Source: Candidatus Staskawiczbacteria bacterium RIFCSPLOWO2_01_FULL_38_12b
Lineage (GTDB): Bacteria; Patescibacteriota; Minisyncoccia; Minisyncoccales; Staskawiczbacteraceae
Direction of reading: 5' to 3'
Assembly: GCA_001820255.1 (NCBI GenBank)
Contig: MHPA01000016.1
Span: 7,288-58,758 of the forward strand
Length of the DNA: 51,471 bases
Both the position numbers and the translations under genes were made by a program. Below, piece by piece: positions 26,551 through 34,208 of this stretch (within the stretch, counting starts at the first letter, position 1; each line of letters opens with the position of its first letter). The notes beneath the pieces were generated by a model that saw nothing but the letters and a program-made list of their open reading frames with translations, had not been told where the DNA came from and searched no databases.

Positions 26551-26739
26551 ATGGCAGACGAACAAATAACAAAAGAAGAGGCAATGGCGCTGTGCTCATG
26601 CGGATCGGGAAAAATGTATGGTGTATGTTGTGGCATGATGAAACTCTGTTTTTGCGGATCAGGAAATCCGGTAGGACAATGCTGTATGGCAGACCCAAAA
26701 GCTCATGGAGTAGATGACGCAGATAAGCCTGCGATGTAA
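26551..26739 (+). CDS. Small protein with two SEC-C-like Zn motifs
   Basis: CSCGSGKMYGVCC and CFCGSGNPVGQCC; followed by a terminator. Confidence 0.8.
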   Translation: MADEQITKEEAMALCSCGSGKMYGVCCGMMKLCFCGSGNPVGQCCMADPKAHGVDDADKPAM

Positions 26740-26751
26740 TTTTTTAGACGA

Positions 26752-26790
26752 AAAAAAACACCGTCTGGCAACTGCCAGATGGTGTTTTTT
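26752..26790. terminator. Intrinsic (possibly bidirectional) terminator
   Basis: aaaaaaaacaccgtctggc-aact-gccagatggtgtttttt. Confidence 0.85.
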
Positions 26791-26831
26791 ATTGAAAAAG
26801 TCTGAAAATTAATATACCATAATACATATAT

Positions 26832-26906
26832 GCCCTCATAGTTTAATGGACAGAATGCGAGCTTGCGGAGCTTGCGATGTAGGTTCGATTCCTACTGGGG
26901 GCACCA
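26832..26906 (+). tRNA. tRNA-Arg(GCG)
   Basis: GCCCTCA acceptor, cgagc-TTGCGGA-gcttg anticodon arm, GGTTCGATTCC, encoded CCA. Confidence 0.92.
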
Positions 26907-26911
26907 AATTT

Positions 26912-27991
26912 ATGCGAACGCCACTTTCGGAAAAAAAACTCCAAGAACTCATTGAAAAAATTGAGCCCTTTAAGGTCGGTTTTGACGCAATTGGAGAACA
27001 CGTCATCATCACCGATGAAAATGCTAATATCCTTTACGCAAATAAAGGAGTAGAAGAGCAAACTGGATTTTCCATCCAAGAGATTATCGGAAAAACTCCC
27101 GCCGATGTATGGGGCGGCAAGATGCCAAAAGATTTTTATAAAACATTATGGCACACCATCAAAACAGAAAAAAAACCGTTTGTAGGGGAATTAAATAATG
27201 TAAAAAAAGACGGTACTAAGTACTGGCAAGAAATACATATTCATCCGATATTTAATCACGATGGTACGATAAAGTTTTTCATCGCCATAGAGCCTAATAT
27301 CACCGAAAGGAAGGAAAAAGAAAAATTCAAAGAAGAATTTATTTCTATTATTTCCCACCAATTAAAAAATCCCCTCACCGTGATGAAATGGACCCTGGAA
27401 ATATTAGCCAAGATAGAAGGAGCCACCTCAAGCGATCAAAAGAGAATAAAAGTAGTCCTTGAAAACACACAATCAATTATTGATTTGGTAAACGACCTCA
27501 CTATTATTTCAAAAATTGGCAAGATAGATACTCAAACCAACATTGACCTTTTTACGGTCATTAATTCAATCATTGAACAGGCCAAAGTAGCCAACCGCAA
27601 TACCGTCATTGAATTTAAAAAAGATATGGAGCCTTGCATCATAAAAAGCAATTCCACGCTTTCTTTTGAAGTATTTAAAAATCTTATTTTCAATGCCGCA
27701 GAATATTCAGATAAAGATCATGGAATAGTTAATATTCATTTGAAAAAAGAAAATGATTATTATCTTTTTTCCGTAGAAAATAACGGTATTGAAATTCCTA
27801 AAAATGAGCAAAGTAAGATATTTTCAAAATTTTTCCGCGCATCTAATGCATCCGACAGGAAAGAAAGCGGCACCGGATTGGGCCTGTTTATCGCAAAAAT
27901 GATATGCGACTATTTTGGGTGGCAAATTTCATTTAAAAGCCCGACTGACAAAGGCAATGGAGCGATTTTTCACCTAAAAATACCGATTTAG
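26912..27991 (+). CDS. Cytoplasmic PAS-domain sensor histidine kinase
   Basis: PAS (IITDENANILYANK...TGFS..EIIGK), ISHQLKNPLT H-box, NLIFNA, GTGLGLF. Start placed at MRTP after the tRNA. Confidence 0.92.
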   Translation: MRTPLSEKKLQELIEKIEPFKVGFDAIGEHVIITDENANILYANKGVEEQTGFSIQEIIGKTPADVWGGKMPKDFYKTLWHTIKTEKKPFVGELNNVKKDGTKYWQEIHIHPIFNHDGTIKFFIAIEPNITERKEKEKFKEEFISIISHQLKNPLTVMKWTLEILAKIEGATSSDQKRIKVVLENTQSIIDLVNDLTIISKIGKIDTQTNIDLFTVINSIIEQAKVANRNTVIEFKKDMEPCIIKSNSTLSFEVFKNLIFNAAEYSDKDHGIVNIHLKKENDYYLFSVENNGIEIPKNEQSKIFSKFFRASNASDRKESGTGLGLFIAKMICDYFGWQISFKSPTDKGNGAIFHLKIPI

Positions 27992-28015
27992 ATATTTTTA
28001 GTAAAAATATTGTTA

Positions 28016-28042
28016 AAAACTCCATAAAAATATGGGGTTTTT
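28016..28042. terminator. Probable terminator after the kinase
   Basis: aaaaactccata-aaaa-tatggggttttt. Confidence 0.6.
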
Positions 28043-28066
28043 AGTTACTACTCCGTATTGTTAAAC

Positions 28067-28126
28067 TTATCCACAGCCTCTACGACAAAAACAGAACTTG
28101 ATGTAAAAAAACTAAAAGAGTAAAAT
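28067..28126 (+). promoter_or_regulatory. Perfect DnaA box and sigma70-like promoter upstream of nrdA
   Basis: TTATCCACA at 28067-28075; TTGATG (28098-28103), 17-nt spacer, TAAAAT (28121-28126). Confidence 0.55.
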
Positions 28127-28303
28127 GTAAGTTGCATATAAAAAATAATTTGAAATTTAAAATTTGAATTTTTAAGTCAATTTGAAATGATTAAATGGTT
28201 TGATTTGCCGACATTTTCATTTGTGAAAATGTCGGCACCTACTTATTGAAAATTTTAATATTGGAAATTGAAAATTCAATTTTAAACAAAGTTTAAAATT
28301 GCC

Positions 28304-31036
28304 ATGGAGCTTACCATTACAAAACGAGACGGTACCAAAGAATTATTCAATGCGGACAAGATAAATCGCTCTATTGAGCGCGCCGCCTTTGGCATGATAG
28401 ACCCCATCGCCAAAGTTACCCAGGTTGCCACCGATACCAAAGTTACACTCTATAACGGAATCACCAGTGAAGAGTTAGACCAAGCCACCATCAATGCGGC
28501 CGTACAAAACATAAAAGAAAACCCCGACTACGACAAAATTGCCACCCGATTGCTGTTAAAAACGGTTTATAAACACGTCTTGGGAGATTTTAGCGACAGC
28601 CAGGAGCAATTAAAAAAAATACACCAGGAATATTTTCCAAGCTACATTAAAAAGGGCGTGCAAGACGGAATTTTAGACCCACAGATGGAAAAAAACTTTG
28701 ATCTGGAACGCCTGGCAAATTTTTTGGATATTTTAAGAGATGAATTATTTATTTACTCAGGATTAGACGGATTGCTTCACCGCTATTCGGTAAAAGATAA
28801 AAATCAAAAACCGTTTGAAACCCCGCAATATTTTTTTATGAGAGTCGCCATGGGCCTTTCCTACAACGAAAAGGATCCAAACGAATGGGCGATAAAATTT
28901 TATGAAAAAATGTCCCAACATGAATATATCGCCGGCGGATCCACCAATATTTATTCCGGAACGGCCACTCCCTCCCTTTCCAACTGTTTTTTACTGGAAA
29001 TCCACGACGATATGTCGCATATCTCAAAATCAGTTGCCGATGTCATGTTGCTTTCAAAAGCTTCCGGAGGCATCGGCGCTTCCATTACCAAGCTAAGGGC
29101 TACCGGCTCGCCTTTATCTTCCAATAATACCACTTCGTCAGGGCCCACGCCTTTTGCAAAAATCATTGATACGGCAATCAGAGCCATTCAAAGAGGCGGA
29201 AAGAAAAAAGGCGCCCTGTGTTTTTATATGGAAAACTGGCACATTGATTTTCCTGATTTTGTCAACTGGAAGCAAAGCGCAGGCGACGATTACTTAAGAA
29301 TGAGGACTGCAGACACTGCGGTTTTTATTTCTGATGAATTCATGAAACGGGTGGAATCCAAAGCCGACTGGTATATGTTTGACCCCAAAGAAACCGCCGA
29401 TTTAAATGAACTGTACGGGATAGCATTTTCAAAAAGATACAACGAATATATAAAAATGGCCGAAGAAGGAAAATTACGAATGTGGAAAAAAGTTCCCGCC
29501 ACCGAACAATATCGACAAATTTTGGTGAGCCTGCAAACTACCTCGCACCCCTGGCTTACCTTTAAAGATTCTATTAATTTACGGGCGTTAAATAACAATA
29601 CTGGCACGATTCATATGTCAAATTTGTGCACGGAAATTTGCCTGCCCCAAGACAAAGACAATATTGCGGTATGCAACCTGGCTTCAATAAATATTGCTGC
29701 GCACTTAAAGAAAAAACAAATTGACTGGCAAAAATTAGAAGAATCAGCCAGGCTGGCGGTGCGCCAACTGGACAATTTAATAGATATCAATAAACTGCCC
29801 ATACCGGAAGCAAGGCGATCAGATAGTGAAAACCGGGCCATTGGCCTTGGGGTCATGGGTTTTTCCGACGCCATAGAGCAATTGGGAATTCCCTACGATA
29901 GCCCTCACGCTTATGATTTTACCGATAAAATTTTTGAATTCATCAGCCACATGGCCATTGACGAAAGCGCAAATTTGGCGCAAGAGCGCGGAAGTTACAA
30001 AAATTTTGCGGGATCAGGCTGGTCAAAGGGAATGGTTCCCGTTGACACTATGGAAATCCTAGAAAAAGAACGGGGAAGCGCCATTGACGTTGATAAAAAA
30101 TCAAAGCAAAATTGGCTGGATTGGGAAACTCTGCGAGGCAAAGTAAAAAAAGGCATAAGAAACGCCACCTTGATGGCAGTAGCTCCCAATGCTAATATCG
30201 GCTTGGTAGCCGGAACTACTCCAGGAATTGACCCGCGCTTTGCGCAAGTTTTTTCACGCAATAAAATTTCCGGAAAGTATTTGGACATCAACCACAACTT
30301 AGTTACCGAGTTAAAAAATATGAACCTATGGGATATGGTAAAAGACAAAATTATTGAATTGCAAGGGGATGTTTCTTCCATAGAAGAAATTCCGGCCCAT
30401 ATCCGGGACATTTACAAGACTTCGTTTTCTGTTTCGCCCTACGCCTTTATAGAGGTTGCCGCAAGAGCCCAAAAATGGGTTGACCAGGCCTTGAGCCGAA
30501 ATATGTATTTGGATGACCGAGATATCGACAAAACCATGGATATTTATTTTACCGGCTGGAAAAAGGGATTAAAGTCAACCTATTATTTACATATGAAGCC
30601 ACGCCACAGCGCCGAGCAAAGCACGGTGGCGGTCAACAAATCGGCCAAATTAGGTAAAATGGGATTTGCGGCGGCATTTAAAACCAAGGAAGAAGTCATT
30701 ATTACAGAAAACATTGAAGTAAAAATTATGGAAACTGCGGTTTTGCAAGACCCCGACCAAAGCGACGACCCTATCCAGGAAGAGGAAGTGATAGAAAATA
30801 AAGCGGCAGAAAGAATTATTGAAGCCGTGCCCGAAAAAGAGCCTTTTAACGTTGTCCAAAACAAGCCCGTTTCACATCAAATTTTCTCAAAGGTACAAAC
30901 ACAGCTTCCCAATCCGCAACAACTTCCCGCACAACAACCCGAACACTTCCAAACAAAGATAATTGATGGTAGGTTATATAAAATCCACATGCCATCGGAT
31001 CCGCAGGAAAACTTCACCTGCGACGGATGCCAATAG
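28304..31036 (+). CDS. nrdA: Ribonucleoside-diphosphate reductase class I alpha subunit with ATP cone
   Basis: ITKRDG ATP cone, LSNCF, SNLCTEI, VCNLAS, KSTYY, terminal CDGC. Confidence 0.97.
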   Translation: MELTITKRDGTKELFNADKINRSIERAAFGMIDPIAKVTQVATDTKVTLYNGITSEELDQATINAAVQNIKENPDYDKIATRLLLKTVYKHVLGDFSDSQEQLKKIHQEYFPSYIKKGVQDGILDPQMEKNFDLERLANFLDILRDELFIYSGLDGLLHRYSVKDKNQKPFETPQYFFMRVAMGLSYNEKDPNEWAIKFYEKMSQHEYIAGGSTNIYSGTATPSLSNCFLLEIHDDMSHISKSVADVMLLSKASGGIGASITKLRATGSPLSSNNTTSSGPTPFAKIIDTAIRAIQRGGKKKGALCFYMENWHIDFPDFVNWKQSAGDDYLRMRTADTAVFISDEFMKRVESKADWYMFDPKETADLNELYGIAFSKRYNEYIKMAEEGKLRMWKKVPATEQYRQILVSLQTTSHPWLTFKDSINLRALNNNTGTIHMSNLCTEICLPQDKDNIAVCNLASINIAAHLKKKQIDWQKLEESARLAVRQLDNLIDINKLPIPEARRSDSENRAIGLGVMGFSDAIEQLGIPYDSPHAYDFTDKIFEFISHMAIDESANLAQERGSYKNFAGSGWSKGMVPVDTMEILEKERGSAIDVDKKSKQNWLDWETLRGKVKKGIRNATLMAVAPNANIGLVAGTTPGIDPRFAQVFSRNKISGKYLDINHNLVTELKNMNLWDMVKDKIIELQGDVSSIEEIPAHIRDIYKTSFSVSPYAFIEVAARAQKWVDQALSRNMYLDDRDIDKTMDIYFTGWKKGLKSTYYLHMKPRHSAEQSTVAVNKSAKLGKMGFAAAFKTKEEVIITENIEVKIMETAVLQDPDQSDDPIQEEEVIENKAAERIIEAVPEKEPFNVVQNKPVSHQIFSKVQTQLPNPQQLPAQQPEHFQTKIIDGRLYKIHMPSDPQENFTCDGCQ

Positions 31037-31186
31037 GATGAAATTCCAAATTCAAATCACCAAATCCCAAATAAATTCTAATTTTTAAATTACTAAAATC
31101 TGAAGTGTTCGTCATTGCCGCAAAAACCGCAAGTTTGCGGCACAATCCAGTTTGACTTTCGTAGTAAAAAACACTACATTTAACCC

Positions 31187-31366
31187 ATGGACATCACATC
31201 CAGAAACCGCACTTAAGTCGCCGGCGGTCTGGCAATATTGGGCGGCTTGGAGCAAAAAGTTTGCGAGGCGTAGCCGTAGCTACAGCTCGCACACTTTTTG
31301 TGAAAACTGCCCAAGACTGACAAATCCGGCAAGACTTGGAGTGCGGTTTCTGGATGTGATGTCCAT
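31187..31366. mobile_element. Rod-shaped palindromic MITE-like element, copy 6
   Basis: Perfect 27-bp terminal IR atggacatcacatccagaaaccgcact / agtgcggtttctggatgtgatgtccat (the outer AT may be the target duplication); nested stems with central gaggcgtagccgtagctac. Confidence 0.88.
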
Positions 31367-31546
31367 ATGCCAAAATTAACTCAACAAGTTACTAAAAAAG
31401 ACATCCAAGTAAAAATATCATATTCAGACAACAGAGTAATGGGGGGTTTAGAAAAAATGGAGTTTAATGTATGTAAAAAAATTGATGCGCTTATTTTAAA
31501 ATGCGAAAATTTCTTAAAAAGGCTCTCTATAAAATATAGAGATTAA
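31367..31546 (+). CDS. Small hypothetical coiled-coil protein (59 aa)
   Basis: Manual ORF MPKLTQQVTKKD...KKIDALILKCENFLKRLSIKYRD*; resembles the C-terminal part of 31551-31838. Confidence 0.45.
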   Translation: MPKLTQQVTKKDIQVKISYSDNRVMGGLEKMEFNVCKKIDALILKCENFLKRLSIKYRD

Positions 31547-31550
31547 CACT

Positions 31551-31838
31551 ATGAAAAATAAAAAAATCACTATTGATGATTTAGCGTTGATGATGAAGAA
31601 GGGCTTTGATGGGGTTGACCGAAAGCTTGATATTCAGGATGAAAAAATATCGGAAATAAAAACAGAAATCAGGGCGCTTGATTTGAAATTCAGCCAGAAA
31701 ATGAATGAACTCACCACTACACTTGATAGATTTTTAAAAAGAATGACCGATATGGAAGATGAGTTTGCTATGATGAAAAACGATCTTAATAGAATGAAAA
31801 AAGTAATAAGGGAAAAATTAGGCGTAGATTTAACGTAA
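31551..31838 (+). CDS. Small coiled-coil hypothetical protein
   Basis: KKITIDDLALMMKKGFD plus heptad pattern; same family as 50123-50398. Confidence 0.7.
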   Translation: MKNKKITIDDLALMMKKGFDGVDRKLDIQDEKISEIKTEIRALDLKFSQKMNELTTTLDRFLKRMTDMEDEFAMMKNDLNRMKKVIREKLGVDLT

Positions 31839-31847
31839 AGAATTTTT

Positions 31848-31940
31848 AATCCATAACCCACCGAATCCGCAGGAAAACTTCACGCTTGCCCCGTAGTGAA
31901 ATTGCAGTTTCTACTACTGGGGTGCGACGGATGTCAGTGA
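31848..31940 (+). pseudogene. Duplicated, interrupted 3' end of nrdA
   Basis: IHNPPNPQENFT-[38-nt palindrome]-CDGCQ* versus nrdA IHMPSDPQENFTCDGCQ*; 19-nt exact match atccgcaggaaaacttcac. Confidence 0.85.
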
Positions 31941-31991
31941 TAAGTAATTGCAAATGCAAAAATCAAATTGTAAAATTACAATTAAAAATTT

Positions 31992-32522
31992 ATGTCAAAT
32001 AAAAAAGAAATAGTTGGTTTCATTAAAGAACAAATAAAACAGAATACTCCAAAATCTCAAATTGAAAATGAATTATCTTCAAAATATGAACGAAAAGAAT
32101 ACGAAAAAATCCTAAAAGATTTTCCCGAACCTTCGCTAAAAGAAAAATACAAGCTACTTAATAATACTCTTATTGCTTGTGTTAGTATTATGACATTGTT
32201 TAAGCTGCTAACAATCGTAGAAATTGGTTCAGAATTTGGAGTAATAGCAGTACTAATATTTCTTGTTATTGGATTACTGATACCGATATATTTGGTAATC
32301 TATTTATTACAGTATCGCAGAGGTGCCTATATTATTACTATTGCATTAACAGTGCTATCCTTGCGTAATTTTTTTGACGGGGTTGATGAAATATTTACAT
32401 CAGGCAATTGGCTATACATCGGAATATTTTTCTTTGGATTAATTTTAGTTATACTTTTAATCTTAATACCTGCGATTCTTTTGAAAAAGCTTTGGCCAAA
32501 ACAATTAGTAAAAAGTTTATAA
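31992..32522 (+). CDS. Hypothetical membrane protein
   Basis: Soluble N-terminus plus about 4 TM helices. Confidence 0.7.
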   Translation: MSNKKEIVGFIKEQIKQNTPKSQIENELSSKYERKEYEKILKDFPEPSLKEKYKLLNNTLIACVSIMTLFKLLTIVEIGSEFGVIAVLIFLVIGLLIPIYLVIYLLQYRRGAYIITIALTVLSLRNFFDGVDEIFTSGNWLYIGIFFFGLILVILLILIPAILLKKLWPKQLVKSL

Positions 32523-32605
32523 AAAAGTTGTATCGCTATTGAGAGGTAAAAGCACGAAACAACTTACTTCAGTACTGAATAGTTTTATTACCATTAATAA
32601 ATAAT

Positions 32606-33598
32606 ATGATTTTAGGAAAAGCATCACCAGAAGATATGAATCTTCACCCCATGCGCTACCAGTGGGCTTACGATCTTTATAATCAGGCCGTCAGAAACAC
32701 TTGGTTTCCCCACGAAATCGCCTTAAAAGAAGACCTGGAAGATTGGAACAAAATGACCGAGGACGAACGCCATGCGGTAAAGTTTACCATGGCTTTTTTC
32801 AATCCTGCTGAATTAATTGTAAACCGCGTACTGGCGCTGGGAGTATATCCTTATCTTAAATCTCCCGAATGCCACTTGTATTTGGCAAAACAAATGTGGG
32901 AAGAGGCAAACCACTGCGTGGCTTTTGAATATGTACTGGAAACATTCCCCTTTGACCGCGAAAAAATATTTCAAGTGCATTTGGAAACTCCTTCCATGCA
33001 AGCCAAAGAAAGCTACGTGATGAAATATTTAAAAAGGATGACCGAAGAAAAACTGGATATTGAAACCACCGAAGGCAAAAAGGATTTTATCCGCAATATG
33101 GTGGCCTATAATATTGTCATGGAAGGCATTTGGTTTTACAGTGGCTTTATGGTGGCTTTGTCGTTTCGACAAAGAAACCAACTGCGCAATTTCGGATCCA
33201 TGATTGACTGGGTGTTGCGCGACGAATCATTGCACTTAAAATTTGGCATACAATTAATCCAAACCGTGCTGGAAGAAAACAGTGAATTATTAACCGAAGA
33301 ATTCGCCAACGAAATAAAATCCATTATTGTGGAAGGCGTAAACATTGAAAATGCCTATAATAAAGATTTATTCCCCAATGGAATTTTAGGGTTAAATGCG
33401 GATTACGTAAACCAATATGTCCAATATGTAGCAGATCGAAGATTACTGGAACTTGGCCTGCCAAAACAATACAACGTAACTAATCCGGCAAAATGGATGT
33501 CAACGGCTACCGATGTACTGGAACTGGTAAACTTCTTTGAAGCGCAAAACACCAAGTATGAGGTGGACTCGGGCCATACACAAAAGCCAAAAGCGTAA
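32606..33598 (+). CDS. nrdB: Ribonucleotide reductase beta subunit, class Ic-type signature
   Basis: Ferritin-like ligands E69, E100, H103, E173, E207, H210; F107 at the radical-Tyr position; C-terminal NFFE...Y. Confidence 0.93.
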   Translation: MILGKASPEDMNLHPMRYQWAYDLYNQAVRNTWFPHEIALKEDLEDWNKMTEDERHAVKFTMAFFNPAELIVNRVLALGVYPYLKSPECHLYLAKQMWEEANHCVAFEYVLETFPFDREKIFQVHLETPSMQAKESYVMKYLKRMTEEKLDIETTEGKKDFIRNMVAYNIVMEGIWFYSGFMVALSFRQRNQLRNFGSMIDWVLRDESLHLKFGIQLIQTVLEENSELLTEEFANEIKSIIVEGVNIENAYNKDLFPNGILGLNADYVNQYVQYVADRRLLELGLPKQYNVTNPAKWMSTATDVLELVNFFEAQNTKYEVDSGHTQKPKA

Positions 33599-33633
33599 TT
33601 TCGGATTAATTAGGCTATTAATATAAAAAATTT

Positions 33634-34131
33634 ATGCCGAAAAAATTTGAAGAACGACCAGAAGAAACACCAGAGGAAGAAGGTTTAATTTTAAAATTTC
33701 CATCTCCAAAGGAAGAGATTAAAAATCCTGATGTTTCCATAGAATCAGAAGAACAAAAAGGGGAGGAAGAGTATGAAGGCAGTAATGTTATTCGAGGCAA
33801 TTTTTCAAGAGAAAAAAGCGGATTTAAACGACCCAAATTGACATCCGAATTTTATATTCCACCAGAAGATGTTGACAGATTCAAATGGAATGAATCTTTG
33901 AGAAAAGCAGGAAATGAAATACTACCATTTTTATGGTCATTAAAGGGTTCTATATCTAAAAAAGCTCTTGGCGATAGTGCTGTTGCTATTCAAAAATTTT
34001 CTAACACAGAACTCGTGGAAATAATTTTAGACTCAGCTGAGGGTGACTGGAATAAAAAACCAGCATACTATACTGCGTTAGCTAATGAAATGATGGCTAG
34101 AGGCCTAAATCCAGATGAGATAAAGCAATAA
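33634..34131 (+). CDS. Hypothetical protein
   Basis: Clean 165-aa ORF with an acidic N-terminus, followed by a terminator-like hairpin. Confidence 0.6.
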   Translation: MPKKFEERPEETPEEEGLILKFPSPKEEIKNPDVSIESEEQKGEEEYEGSNVIRGNFSREKSGFKRPKLTSEFYIPPEDVDRFKWNESLRKAGNEILPFLWSLKGSISKKALGDSAVAIQKFSNTELVEIILDSAEGDWNKKPAYYTALANEMMARGLNPDEIKQ

Positions 34132-34208
34132 ATTCTATAAAAAAGCTCGAACGAAAGTTTTAGGGTTTTTTTGTTGTTTTAATAACAATGGTTTGTTAAT
34201 ATATACTC

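Noticed and set aside
8112..28075. Replication origin from perfect DnaA boxes (8112-8120, 16580-16588, 28067-28075)
   Set aside because: The boxes are isolated and kilobases apart, one lies inside comF, and dnaA/dnaN are not nearby.
28304..31036. Intein or intron in nrdA explaining its length
   Set aside because: No Hint motifs or frame breaks; the extra length is a C-terminal low-complexity linker.
31152..31379. 75-aa ORF (likewise 24037-24273 and the N-terminal extensions of ORFs ending at 5465, 19029, 38422, 47967 and starting at 26846, 44750)
   Set aside because: These read through palindromic elements, tRNAs, repeat arrays or neighbouring genes and have no protein-like features.
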